A stretch of DNA of 64,000 nt from Eledone cirrhosa (lineage: Eukaryota). Below are positions 36,611 to 51,184 of the stretch, in pieces. Within the stretch, counting starts at the first letter, position 1; every line of letters begins with the position of its first letter. The DNA is taken from positions 1,736,001 to 1,800,000 of the forward strand of contig OZ024748.1 of the NCBI GenBank assembly GCA_964016885.1. The letters are read 5' to 3'. Below the pieces are notes generated by a model. It did no database searches. It saw nothing but the letters and a program-made list of their open reading frames with translations, and was not told the DNA's origin. Position numbers and translations under genes: made by a program.

Positions 36611-37329
36611 GATGATCTCAGTTTAAAGTATTCACAGTGAGACTTATATAGGTTTATTATTCATGAAAGATTATGCTTTGATATATGCCTGTCAATCCTG
36701 GATATATACGAATGAGCTTCTCCATAAGCGTATTATTTGCAAAATATCTATATATAAGCTATGCCTCAGTACCGAGGGAGTAAATGTCACTGAAAAAATA
36801 TATATATACATATAAATATACATCTTTAATGAAAATATATATATATACATATAAATATACATCTTTAATGAAAATATAAACAATGTCATCAATAACTGTT
36901 ATTTTTTTATTAAAGATGTAGTCCTCCAAAGATACAACTTATATACTTGCTGAACCCCAGGTCGTTATATAATCATTTATAGTACTTCTGAAGATATACA
37001 ATATTTAGTAATGCTTTGTTATATGCAATATATTTCCTTTTTAGTTAAATTGAAATAACATAAGCATTAATTGAATAAGATAAATTGAAACATTTGTCAA
37101 GCTATTAAATGAATAAAGTAAATCTACTCTGTCATCCCATTTTGTTATATAGGTTCTGTGATATCATATGGCTCTAAATTCTTCTACATCTTAAATACCA
37201 CCTCCTCTGAGTCTCTGTTTCTAACTATAATCACATAAAGACATTGTGCTTGAAACTATTGTTATTTAGCAGTGTTAACTCTCTTTAGATTAACTCCATA
37301 TATTTCACACACTCACACATATATATATA

Positions 37330-37500
<171 letters not shown>

Positions 37501-37629
37501 GTATATATATGTATCTATATCTCTCTCTCTATATATATATATATAGTTGAAAATGAACGATCAAAACACGGAGGCAATTGTTCACAGTTATATTAGGTTC
37601 ATGCTCATGCTTAGTGGAAGTGGAGTAGG

Positions 37630-37665
37630 TTTCAACGTTTCGGACATAAGTCCTTCATCGGGAAA
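37630..37665 (-). ncRNA. Minimal hammerhead motif (U4C), same design as 4970-5005
   Basis: UUUC-CCGAUGA-A-GGAC(UUAU)GUCC-GAAA-CG-UU-GAAA, inside a PLE-like terminal fragment at ~37545-37755. Confidence 0.7.
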
Positions 37666-38033
37666 GTTTGGATAGGGGGAGAACAGGAACCCCGAGAGGG
37701 AGTAAGGAGGGTTTTAAGGAGGGAAGTTACAAAGTAAAAGATACAATATAATGATTCACACACACACACATATATATATACACACACACTGCTCTCTCTA
37801 TGTATACATATTAATATATATAAATTCTAAAATGTGTCTCGCATGGCTAAGATCATACAAAAGGAATAAAAAAAAAGGTGGGTGAACACAATGTAAAAAG
37901 TGACGAAACACTGGACAGTCCCCTCTGATCAGTCAGCCTCAGGAGGTCCCCGTGGGATTTAGTATTTTGTATCAACAGCAGGTAGCAGCGAAAATTGGTG
38001 AGAAAAGGTCTCTGCTTGAAGTGTATATATACA

Positions 38034-38212
38034 AATAATTGTTTCTAGTTTTGGCACAAGGCCAGCAATTAACCAGTACATTACTGGTACTTTATTTTAT
38101 CGACCCCGTAAGGATGAAAGGCAAAGTTAACCTCGGTGGGATTTGAACTCAGGTCGTAAAGGGACGTAATTACGCTGGAAAGCACGTCAGACTCTCTACA
38201 GATACTGCCAAT
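38034..38212 (-). mobile_element. SINE family A
   Basis: Homology to the other family A copies. Confidence 0.85.
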
Positions 38213-38767
38213 TGACTTGTGGTCTGAATATGGCGTGGGATATAAGTTTCAATTAACTGAGACTATCCTTGAAATTTTAAGATTGAACCTCATTTTAGGA
38301 GTAATCAGATAATGAGAAGAAAGCATGGGAGAGAACTTCTATTGTCTGAATAGATCCAAGTCTTTTGGAATAATTTAAGACAATGTATTGGGAGTGTACC
38401 TTGTCTGTAAGTCAACTTACAGATACATACATATATGTATCATCATCATTTGACATAGGTTTTGATAATGATATATATATATCATTGTCAAAACATATAT
38501 ATATATATACACACACACAATTACATAAATTTATATATTGATATAAATATATGCATGTAGACACTTGTATATTCATTTGTACACATGCATATGCACCTCC
38601 TTATGCGTGAATGTATGCACATGTGTGAGTTTGTGTGTGTGTGTGTGTGTATGTTTTAAAAGAAGACAGAATATTAAAAGTAAAGGAATAGAGTAGAAGC
38701 GTGTATATATATATATATATATTTTCTATACCTTTCATTTATATATATATATATATAGATATTTATA

Positions 38768-38888
<121 letters not shown>

Positions 38889-39329
38889 CTGATATATATA
38901 TATTTATATGTATATGTATATATATTTATTTATATGTATATGTATATATATTTATTTATATGTATATATATTTATTTATATGTATATATATATATATATA
39001 AATTAATAAAATAATGAATAAACAAAGAAACAGTTCCTTATATTAAAAAAAAATTCATCATTTTACGATCTCTATATATATAACGGGGGCAGCGGAGAGA
39101 GGGAGAGTGAGAGGGGCAGTAGATTGTTGGATGGTTAACAGTTTTGTGATTGAGTAAATTTTGGATAAGACAACGATTTTTGAGAAAGGAAACAAGAGAT
39201 TCCTTAAGAGTAAGTAATCGTTGACACTTTCTATAATTATCCAAATTTCAGTCATGTTCTACCTCGTATGTTATCTCTGTTTCAAAGACTCACCAACATT
39301 GTCCCAAACTGCCATGCATTTTTTTGGGT

Positions 39330-39360
<31 letters not shown>

Positions 39361-40615
39361 TGCTATTTTTATTTCGTTGTCGCTACTTGTTCTGTATAAG
39401 TGGAAGAGAAACATTATGGGACTACCTCAATTAACAAAAAACAAATCTATATGTTTATATATCATAATATGAACCTGTCCTTATGAACTGTGTTTACGCC
39501 GTGCCATATTTATCTACCCACCCATTTTCTCAATCAAACCTCCGGAGCAATTGAACTTTAACACGTACTCGTCCGTCGATAAGCTGTGTTTGTTGTTGTT
39601 CACACACAGTTATGTATGTATATAAATACACATTTTCTTTTTCTCCATATCTCTCTCTCGCACACGAACCCTCATATATGCTTGTGTGTTTGCACTTTAT
39701 AATTACATTTATTAAGATGATACACATTTTTATACACATACACACTTATGCATGGAAAAACTTGCTTTCTAATCCTATATTATTCTTTAATTTGTTTCAG
39801 TAAATTAATGAGTAATTTAAAATTGAAAGAATGTCACATTTCTTCTTTCGCTCTTCATTTTTTTTCTCAGTCTTGGCAAACTCCACTTTTCAGGCCATTC
39901 TATATATAATAAATGGTTCTCGTTAAGTGTACTTAATCATGATTATTCTAGCTCCCAAATTAATAGATTTACCATAAGAGTTTTCCTGTTCGTTTGCTGA
40001 CTTCACAGAGTCTTCCCGCCGTCCCATTTACTTCACAGAAAACACCCCCAGCCTTCAAAACAGTATTAGCAATACCAACAACTGTACCATTGAGAACTTA
40101 CTAATTTGTTTTTATTAGAATTTGTTGCTTACTTTCGTTAATCTATCCATCTTTTACTCCCCCAAAGAATTGAAATTCTACAGTGGGACATTGTCTTCGC
40201 CTCATTTTATTTTATTCTTTAATTTAACACCTTTTTAAAAGCACAAATAATAAAAAAAAAAGCAATAGAAGTTGTGCTGCACCCACACACACACACACAT
40301 ATATATGTGTGGGTGTGTGCATATATATATATATAATGTGTTGGTGTGTGCACATATATATTATATATATATATATATATATATGTGTGTATGTATACAT
40401 TATAATATGTATGTGTGTTTATCTATTTATTTTGTGATATTATTTTACACGTTTTTATTGTATGTAAACTTACCCCTTCTTTTGTGCCCCTGTGGCTAAT
40501 AAAGAAACATATCTATCTATATACAGATACCCGCACATGTATATGAGTGATCTAGTGTTTATTTTAAGATATTGAATAAAACGTGATTTTTCCCGACATA
40601 CGTGTCATAATGTCA

Positions 40616-40725
40616 TTCCCGCCGAGGTTGACTTTGCCTTTCATCCTTACGGGGTCGATAAAATAAAGTACCAGTAATGCACTGGGTAATTGCTGGCCTT
40701 GTGCCTAAAGTAGAAACAGTTATTA
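40616..40725 (+). mobile_element. SINE family A, 3' half
   Basis: Near-consensus core and tail. Confidence 0.85.
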
Positions 40726-40825
40726 TTTGTTAAATCATTTCAACTCTTATGGTATTTAAGCGAAATATGACGTTTTCTTCCTGTGACTTTCCTCTTCTAT
40801 AACTATTTCCCGTTCACCACACACA

Positions 40826-40904
40826 CATGGTGTCCCCCCAAAATGTATACACACTTCAACAGTATTTTAATCAAAGTGTGTATACATTTTTTGGGGACAC
40901 CCTA
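40826..40904. mobile_element. Tc1/mariner-type MITE (family of 4718-4819)
   Basis: GGTGTCCCCCCAAAATGTATACACACTT / AAGTGTGTATACATTTTTTGGGGACACC. Confidence 0.8.
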
Positions 40905-43621
40905 TATATATATATATATATAAATATATATATATATAGTGAAGAGGTAGAATCCCACCAGCGATTGCCTATTGGAGCAGAATAAAATAAGTTTTTGACG
41001 TTATTAGTTTCTGTTTCTTTCCTACCACTCAAATATTTCACATATATATTATTTAGTGATTGTTTTATAAGTTTATACTATAACTTATATACTGCTTCTG
41101 TCTACCATGGTCTGCATATATGCGTGTGTAGATATTGAATGTACATGTGTAATTGTTGTCTAACCGCCAACAAACCATGACATTTTACTATATCATCCGG
41201 TGACACGATTAAACCGTATTTACACTTATATATATAATACACACACACAACGTAATGCCACGCTTCATATATAATATGAAAGCAATGGTTAGCAAGTGAA
41301 AGGTAAGATTTCCTTCCGTTCATACACACTCGTAGCTTTATTCTAACAAACCCCTTCCCTATCGTTTTGTGTTTACCATTCAATACATTTGTTGACAGTG
41401 ACTTTTCTGGCCTGGGGCACTCTCACATTTCTCTGTCTCTCTTCCTATCCATACACACACACACTTCGCTTATTTTACAATCATTTATTTTCTCGTCAAT
41501 ATTTACTCTTTGCGAATGGCTACTAGTAAGAATCGGCTGGCTTTCGGAAAACTTTTGAAGAATTTTTACATTGACAACAAATAAGCTATGATATTAGTTA
41601 TTGGCAATTTGGGATTACATTTATATGAATTTTCTTGTGATGTATCTCTGCATTAAAAACAAAAAAAGGTTTGCACAAAATATCATTGTATTTTTAATAG
41701 CTTTATCTAGTTGTATGTAAAATTATAAAATATCCCATTTTTTGTTTGTTATTGGTATCATCACCGCTCCTCTTTCTAATGTCATTTTTTTTATATATCC
41801 TGTTTTAAAAAACAAATAAAAAAAAAAACACTTGATTTATTGTCCATAATGTAGAAGACTGTTAAAAATCAATACCGCCAAAGTCTGTACATAAAACGTG
41901 TCGAATGAAGAAGACACGTGCTTCGCTTCCATTGACAATTAAATTTGACAATTTGCTTTCGTTCCCACCCACCTGAAATATTTTTGTCAGTCGAATTGAA
42001 ATTCCGATAACGTCAGCTTTGTTTTTCACCCCAACACTCTAAATTCGATTACATAAGAATCAATAATATACTAAAGGCCGGGTCAGTGAACTTAGTCCCT
42101 CTATAAGCGTCGGATATCCTCGTCCTTTCTTTGTGGCTGTGGACTATGTTAGAAGAACCCCATTATACAATATGTGCTGTCCTTTCTTTTCACAAGACTG
42201 GTTTGAGGGAGATTTGGCTGCTTTGTCTAACACATAGCGGCTCGGTTGTGAGTTAGCGACAGTATTAGTAATAAAAAGCAGTGTGAGATTCGTCCCTCTA
42301 CATTCTGAGTTTATATTCAAGTAACGATGAGAGTTGTCAGCCACTGGGTATGGGATGGAGTGGGGTCAGCCACTTGGTATGGGATGGAGTGGGGTGTTTC
42401 ATTATTATTTTTTTTAATCATAGGAAATACGATTCTATATAAGAGGTGCTAGGTACAGTTGTCAGTGTGTTTACGTATGTGTGTATGTGTAACGATTTAA
42501 TACATCACTGAAAACAGCCTTACACATTCAGTGAGTTTTATAATATTGGACGGTACTGTTATATTTTAACGTATATATTAACAGGGCGTCCAGCTTGCTT
42601 GTATCTCCACTCACCATTCCCAACTCGCTAAAATCGGCGGCATTGCCTTTTACTCTCAGCTCGAGAAAACCTCCCTACTCACTACCTGATGTGAGCCCCG
42701 CAAGCTGGAATGGCTATTTCAACGCGTGTCTCTCGCTATTCTCCTGAGTAGCGCTTTCTTTATTCTGTCCACCGGGACCATGAGGTGGTATGTGCACCTG
42801 GAGTTCTGCACGTCAGAGAAGAAGATTGTCCCATATTGTCCAGGCATATATCATGGTGGTAGTCTGTGCATTACTCTTAATCTATTTGTATTATTTGCAT
42901 TAGTAATACTAATGACATCAGTAAATCTACATATCCGACTGTGACCCTTTTCACTATAACTGTGTGACCCGCGATAAAAATGTGAAAAAAAAAGAAAAAT
43001 TATTGGGTGGTGGCTGGCAGAATGGGCAGAACGTCGGACGAGTACACGCCTGTATTTTAGTAAAATCTTTGTCTCAGTTCAAGTCACGCCAAAGTTATCA
43101 ATTGCCTTTCATCAATCCTGTCTTCATTAAATCAAATACTGAAGTTGATAGAATCCACTTTTCTCCACAACCCTCTCCATATTACTAGTATCATGCATAT
43201 GTAAAAAGAAAAAAAAGATAATTATTATTATTGAGGTGACAGCTTGTCATTTGTGTGTGGGGGGATTTCTCGTACTTATATTTATCAATATATATATATA
43301 TATAAAGGGGGTATTCAAATAGTTGGGAATACGACAAATAATAAATAAAGGTATAAATGTTTATATCTGATTTAGAGCACTCAACAGCTGCATGGAGCAA
43401 ATAATCAATGAAAATAAACATTAAATAACTCTGTATGTAATTATGCATATACATACACATATATACATATATACACACACACAACCATATACATATAAAT
43501 ATATATATATATATACATACACACATACCTATATATATATATACATATATATACACCTATATACACACACATATATACAAAAAGTTACATCACCACATAA
43601 ATAAAAATGCACACACACACG

Positions 43622-43658
<37 letters not shown>

Positions 43659-43666
43659 TCTATTTT

Positions 43667-43912
43667 CTAAGGCAGGTAAAATTCCCGAGATCCATGGACG
43701 AGTTCTCTCCAGCGGTCTCTGTCCCTCATTATCGCTGCCATGTCCTGCGTCTCCAACAGACCAGTGTCTGTCCTTAGGGCATCAACATACGTTAACCTTG
43801 GTCTTCCTCTTCTAGTGTGTCCATGTGTGACACAGAGGAGACTGAGGTTAGCTGGACATGCTCACCGACATCCAGAGTTGACATTACACTCAGTGCTCCT
43901 TTGGGAGCTCCT

Positions 43913-43916
<4 letters not shown>
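43667..43916 (-). mobile_element. RTE-like LINE 3' end with inverted 5' segment
   Basis: Minus 43825-43667 reads HGHTRRGRPRLTYVDALRTDTGL...RDRWRELV. Plus 43827-43916 reads VTQRRLRLAGHAHRHPELTLHSVLLWELLH. Confidence 0.85.
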
Positions 43917-43971
<55 letters not shown>

Positions 43972-44019
43972 CACACAAAAACATATGTGCACACAGAAAT
44001 AAATATCTATAAATAAAAG

Positions 44020-45362
44020 AGGTGGGTATGTAAAGGGTAAGGTAGAAAGTAGGGGGGGGGGGATAAGAAAAATAAATAACAGGAAAAAGAGGAGGTAAGG
44101 GAGAAAAAGAATATAAGGGTACAGAAAGTAAGTTCAGAGAGTAATGAAAATCGTAGTGGAAGTAAAAAGCAAAGAAGTTCAAGGTGGTTGAGTCATCGTA
44201 GGAATGTCAATCCAGTTACAGAGCAGATGTGATTTCAGGTGAGGACAACATCTAAAGATCTCGGTCTTGGAGTTAAGGCAAGTTGAAGTGGCTTTCAAAT
44301 TTTGTAGAATTCTAAATTTTTCAGTGGTACACAAAGAACAATTCTTTGTGCCCCATTGGTACTCCCTCGAATGGTCTAAAATAGACCAATCGATAGAGTA
44401 TGGGATGTTTATATCTTTGAATTCCCACACCTTATTTGCGAAAGCCGTTGCTGTTCTTTTATCAGAGTGTTTAAAAGAAGCGACATGTGCATAAAACTTG
44501 GTTTTGAACCTGTCCTGAGTCATGCCAACATATCGTTCACTCTTGGCTGGCTGGTTGTTAATCAAAGGTGTCACTTTGGCCTCATATACAACGGATTTGG
44601 TATTACATTTGCTCTGAAATGGGCATTCATCCGGCTTCCTGCAACTGCATCCTGGATTTATTCTCGTACGATTAGAGCTGATGGGCAGCAAGAGTAACTA
44701 ATTTTAACTACATTTCTATTAAATATCTTATAATATTTATGATTAGGGGGAAAATGTTTATCTAGGAGGTCAGGGAATTTCCTTCCTACATTAGTTTTGA
44801 CAGTTTTCCTTTTCCTATTATTGTGATTAGTTTTAGGGGGAGGAGTAGGGAAATATTTAATCTGTTCTGTAAAGCCGCTGTTATTGAGGGCTTTATTATA
44901 ATAAGGGACGGCTTTGTTAAAAATGTCTAGGGATGAAGATAAGGTAGAAATCCTACGGCTAATATTAGGAACAAGATTTTTTTAAAAACTATAGGGGGAT
45001 GGCAAGACTCTTTGTGTATATATCTAAGATTTTCGTTAGGTTTATGGTAAGGTTTAAAAGAGGCGGTAAGTAGATCAAGATTAATGTCAAGAAAGTTAAC
45101 ATTAGTAAGGTTTGTATCTATAGTGATTTTAAGGTTAAGATTAGCAAAAGTATTGATTAAATCTTTATGGAATTTATCAAGGTTATGGCCGTTGGTGGTA
45201 TGAGAAACTGCCGTTGTCATGGTATAAACCGATATTATGGGACGGAAATTTCTCTTTAAGGGTGTGGAGAAGGAATAATCCTACTAAGTCACACACATCC
45301 GCACTGTTATATGAACCCATTGCAACATCAAAAGAGTTTTCAGGGCTTGACTTTTAATAAGC
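44020..45362 (-). mobile_element. Penelope-like element (Naiad-like), 3' half: RT motifs B-E and GIY-YIG endonuclease
   Basis: FDVAMGSYNSADVCDLVG, GLYHDNG (YRDDG-like), VNFLDINLDL, YIHKESCHPP. ORF 44179-44691 has CSCRKPDECPFQSKC..VVYEAKV..YVGMT..CSLCTTEK..CPH. Confidence 0.92.
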
Positions 45363-45364
45363 TC

Positions 45365-46345
45365 TGTAACCTACATAGAGCACTCTTTTTTCCTGGACCT
45401 TTCCGACGGAATTACTTCATTTATACAGCTCCAACTGGGATTGATTGAAGCATATTCTATATTACATATTGATTGGCACTTTCCAGCCTGATAAGTTGAG
45501 CACTCTACAGTTTTCAGGAATTTAACCAACATACACCATGGACCTTTATGAATTAGATTATTCAATAAAAAATATACCTACTCCTTCCAACACAACTTAT
45601 ACCATACCAAACTGCTTATAGATAAAATCGAACAAGTCGTTAAAAGAATGAGATGGAAGGCAATGGTTTACGATGGACTATTCAGTGCTGATACAAATGA
45701 TTGCTTTGACATAAAATCCCGTAAATGGCCAACTTCGAATTAGACCTTGTTAATTTAATTAGTGATATCAAATTTCGTAAGTACAACAATAACTTTCAAA
45801 CTAAACTTTCTAACGGTATTTCTAATTTTAAAAATTCTACCAACACTTTTGTTCTTTCCGATAAAACTAAAAATCTCTTTGAAGTTAATAGTATTTTGTA
45901 TAACCAACTTTTAACTAATAGTATCACCAACAAATATCAATTAGCTAACAATAATACCTACAATACTATTAATAAAGAAGCTAAAGAACTAGCTAGTTTT
46001 TTAAAAATAGACAACCGGATTGAAAGCCTAGCTAAACGTAAAGCATATATTACCCTTAAAGACCATAAATTAGACTTTACTAATCGACCTAGCTGTAGAC
46101 TGATTAACCCGGCTAAATCCGAAGTTGGCCTTGCAAGTAAAAAAATCTTAAGAAAAATAATTCTCCAAATTAGAACTAAGACTGATTTATCACAATGGTT
46201 AAATACATCCTCTGTTATTTCTTGGTTTAATAATTTACAAGGTAAAAATAAGTGTAGATTTACCCAATTTGATATTGTTGATTTTTACCCCTCTATTACT
46301 GTTTCCTTATTAACTAAAGCCTTAGATTTTGCAACACATTGGTTA
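45365..46345 (+). mobile_element. Penelope-like element, 5' half inverted: N-terminus to RT motif A
   Basis: MDLYELDYSIKNIPTPS..IDKIEQVVKRMRWKA. ORF 45725-46351 has SDKTKNLF, YITLKDHK..CRLINPAKSEVG and FDIVDFYPSI. Confidence 0.92.
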
Positions 46346-49131
46346 ATGTAGTCATAGATAGTAATTAGGTCCTAGTTATCCAATCAACAGAGCAGACTAC
46401 TTGTTAAATTAACGTGTCAGTGGCTGAGTATTCCACAGACACACGTACCCTTTACGTAATTCTCAAAGATTCAGCTCAATCCTATTTGACAAGGCTGTAT
46501 CTTTCAATTACCCAAGTCCATGGTAAATGACACTTGCTCAAAATGTCATGCTGTTGACACTTGCTCAAAATGTCATGCTGTGGGATTGAATCTGGGACTT
46601 CATGATTTTGAAGCAAACTTCTTAACCATTTAAGGCATGTCACCAGGTATTGAGGACACTGGGTGGCACTGCCTGCCCTTACTTTTCAATGGTGCACCCT
46701 CAGATTTAGAAAGATTTACAGTGATATACTTAGCCTGAAACTCTACCTATAATACCTTAGAATTATTGTACATTAAACTGCTTACTAGAATGTTCTGAAG
46801 GTCCCAGCACCAAAACCTGGTCTGGTTGCCTACTAAATACACTGTCTGAAAAAGACAGAATAGTGTATCACATTTTGAACACCTCTTATTAAGTCTTCTC
46901 AATTTGAGCTGACCTAGAATAAAACAACAATATCAAAAATAAGTCCTACAAATGACTGGAGCCTTTGGTGTTTTTCTAGTTCCAGCGTCTGCTTTTGTAG
47001 TGGAACCCTTTTGTGACCCCCGTAGAACTCATATATACTATTGCTGAAATTTCAGTTACATGGCTTTGATTAACTTGTGACTATGTTAAAAGACAAGATT
47101 CTGCATTGTGGGATGGAACTTGAAACCATATAGTTGTGAATCAAACATCTTAACCATACAGCCATGCTTACCCTCCCCCAGTTTCTGCGATGGTGAGAAG
47201 TTACTATGTAGTCCTTCTGCAGTAATCTTGTGGATACTGTATGTGAATGAATCAATTGGTGATCTTTTAAATTGTGGTTTATCCTTGAATTGGATTGAAA
47301 ATGTTACCATTGTTGCTGCTGTTGTTGTTGTTACTGTTGTTGTTGAGAAGCCCCAATCAGCTTTGCTTAAGTAGTCTTATAGCATGGAAGATGCTGACTA
47401 GAAATTCGTTGATCAGCAATTCGTTGATCAGCAATTCTTGTTATGGCCATCTAACATCTGTGTGTTCTGGTGGTGGCAGTGATATTGGTAGTGATGATAA
47501 TGGTGGTGGTGGTGGGTGGGGGGTATTCCTGTGTGGGTAGGTGTGTGGGAAGGAATTGCCTGAAGTGGGATAAATACGTCACATGAAATGTTGAAGGTTA
47601 GGACTAATTATTAGAAAGTGTATATATAAACGTGAGCTCTAAAGATAAAAAGGTTTAGAACAAGCTAATAAGTGAGACTCTCTGTAGTCACTTGATCTAT
47701 CAGAAATAGAAGCCAATTCTCCCTCAAATAATTTTATACGACCTTTAAAATAAAAGAAGGATTTAACATAAGAAAAAAAAAAACCATCTAACCCGATATA
47801 TATATATATATATAAACCTAAATGGATGGTTTTGTTAAGCGATTTAGGTAGGTTGGTATTAAAACAGTTAACTATAGTTATCTGAATTTTGTAAGAGATG
47901 AGGCTTGTAGTTAAAGTAGGCAGTCGAGCTTGAAAAGAGCAATGTGTAATGCTTGATTGGAACTGTCATTTCCATACAATAAGGTGTCTGTCTGTTTAAA
48001 TAAGTTGTGGTTGGGAGGAGTTAGAGGAGGTTTCATATTACATCAATAGCTGTAGTGTGGTAGTTTACAGTGTGTTGTAAGACAACAGGAGGAAGTGAGT
48101 AAGGAGGGGTGGATAAACCAAGAAGAAAGTATCAAAAATAGGTATATAAAGGAAAATGTCTGTTCAATCAGAAAAGTAAATTTCATTTTGATTATAAGCT
48201 TTTTACAATGGAAAAAGATAAAAGAAAAGAAAAAAAGAATCAAGCAATGAAAGTAAGGGAAAGGGGGGGGGGAGTGCCAGACTCTCTACCCACAAAATGG
48301 GAGGGGCATTATTGTGGAGAACAGCGATATCTGCTGCATCAGCCACTCCACTTCATAGAGCTTCCTTTCTTAAGTGGGATGAACTCCTTTCAATTTTGTG
48401 GAGAAAAATAACTGTTTGGGGATTGAGGACACCAGATGTGTTGACAGCAATCTGCATGAAAAAGAAGTGGTCAGGTGGACTATGTGGTCAAGAAGTATGT
48501 TTAGCAAACATTTGTGGCACCCTGGGCAAGTGTCTTCGACTCAGGTTGACCAATACCTTATGACTGAAATTTAGTTGATGGAAAATGTGCAGAAACTTGA
48601 TGTATGTATTTATATATGTGCATATATATATATATATATATATATAATATGCATGCATACATATATGTTTTGTCTCTGCATATGCCTTTATGTTAAAATG
48701 GCTTAAACAAGCGTTGTCCATCTCTCTTAGCAGTTCAGCTGGTGAAAATCAGTGGAATATGTATTATTCTAAGGAAAAAACAAAAAAAAAAAATCAAAAC
48801 AAAATAATGTTTAGCACCAAATAACGTTTGCCTTAAAAAAGTTTCATCCAAGTTATACCAGTATGGAAAAGAAGGGTGTAAAAACAATGAGGAGGATTGC
48901 AAGAGTGATAAAATTTAACTGTTTTGATACATGAAAGAAATCTTACCAAAGCATGTAGTCAGAGCCTGTTATGTTCATTACCTTTTGAATATAAGTTGGC
49001 TTCTGTATTATAAAGTATTTTGTTCTTTCTGGTATGTTGTCCTGTGGAGTTGATCTTAAATCTTGTATTAGGCTGAGAGAAAGAATTCTGAAAATTACTT
49101 CAATGTATCTTCACTTAAAATTGCTACATGG

Positions 49132-49192
<61 letters not shown>

Positions 49193-51184
49193 TTGGAAGT
49201 TGTTTTTCGCTAATTCCAAAGCCGAAATACGATTCTTGCTAATTTATATTTATATATATATATATATATATTGCTACATGGCAATATATTTATTTCCATT
49301 AGTGACATATGTCCCAGTTGTTAAGGACAGTTCACTTTACAAGTTTTGAACCATATGACCAGTACGTTTTAAGTAATGGAGAAGAATTTAAATTCTTCAT
49401 CCTCTTCCTTCTCCTTTTCCTCTTCCTCTTCTTTCTTTTCCTTCTTTGTGTCAGTTTTTTTAACCCTTTTGTAAGTCTAATGAAATGCTGTGAAATAACC
49501 GAGAATTTGGAAGGCTTTAGTAATATTACTAAATTTTTCATTATTAACCTAATGTTTAGAACATAACTTAGAGGTTCTTATATAAAATTATGATGGAACA
49601 TATTTAGATAAATATAAACAGCTTAAAATTAAGATATCGTAGAACAAGGGGCTTTTTTAGTCAAGTTAAAGAAGAGAATTTCATGAGTATGTAATGTTAT
49701 TTAGCTCCAAGCCAGTCTTGATCAAGTATACATAATGAAAGATAAACCAGACATAACCATCCTATCCTATTTTGTATATCAAGGGCTACACTCATCTGTC
49801 CAATGTGTCCTTTCTTTTAATATGTGAGGGTGTGATTTTACTCTTAACATCCTATAATGGTTTAACTGAAAATATCTAAAAATAGGTTTGTTAATTCAAA
49901 TGACTATAGTATCTTTACTGGTGTAAACATGTTTTTATAATATTAGAGTGGAGGCTTTAATTTTTAATGTGATACAGTCATAGTGTTGTTTTGTACTTTT
50001 AAAGAATGTCTTGCTAATCTGGTTTAAAGTGGCACAGAAAGTTAAGCATTAATCAAGATTTACTGTTATTTCAAGCAGGTTGAGCGACCACATAGAGATT
50101 ATAATTTGAAATAAAAACATCTTGTTTCATCATCACCAGATATCATTTGCTCACAGCAGGTTGAGTACCATGGATTGCTCCAATTAGTGTTAACCGTAGT
50201 TAATTACTGATATGTAGATGATGGGGCTCCAATTTCTTTTATGATGGTTGGTAGGCAATGGCAGGATTTGAACTCAGAATGTAAGACATCCTTTCTATCT
50301 ACTTTTGTAACTATTTGATCAATCCACCGCTTTAGACTAGTACTTTATTTATCAACTCTAAAAGATGAACGGTAATGTTGGCTATGATGGGATTCAAACT
50401 CACTATATAAGACATTCATCCTTTCTGCTACAGTAACTATTTGATCAATCAACTGCTATAGACTAGGATTTTATTCATTGATCACCCACCAAAAGGATGA
50501 AAGGCAATTTTCACCATGGTGTGATTTGAACTCAGAATGCAAAGAACTGGAATAAATAGTGCAAAACATATTGTCTGGAGCTCTTATGCTTCCGCCAATT
50601 TGCTGCCGTACATCTGGTTTATGACATATTTACATTAATCTTGAATGGCACAGGTATTTCACGCCTTCATTCTTAAAGTTTTAATTGAGAATATTTTTTT
50701 TTTTTTAAAGAAAAAAAGAAAATTTTCTTTAAGTTACTCTGGGGAAAGGAAAAGAGAAGCATCACAAATTTTTCCTCATATCTCATATTGTAGAAACTTA
50801 TTAAAAATATTTTTTCCCCAGAATGATCTAATCTACGTGTTCAGGAAGATACTAAGCTGATTACCAAGAAGGGATTATGCTCCAGCCGCTCTAGGTTGCA
50901 CTTTAAAAGCAGTATTCTCAGGCAAAGTCATATAACATTCCTCACACTTTCTCTTCTTATCGAAAAAGTTTCAAATTTGCTTTTTTCTCCTCTCTGCTAT
51001 CTCTAGAAATTTTGATATAAACTGACTAAAATATTGAAGTAAGGCATTTTTGGATAATTCTCTGTTCGTTGGATGTTTCCTTTTTACTAAAATAGCAACT
51101 GGAAAGTTAATAATTCAAAATAATGTATTCATTTTGTTTCTAGAGTTGATTCTAGTATATAGTCTATATTTTTAAAAAGTGAAT

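Noticed and set aside
44020-46345. Selenoprotein-encoding Naiad element
   Set aside because: No in-frame UGA in the long open segments and no convincing SECIS after the ORF.
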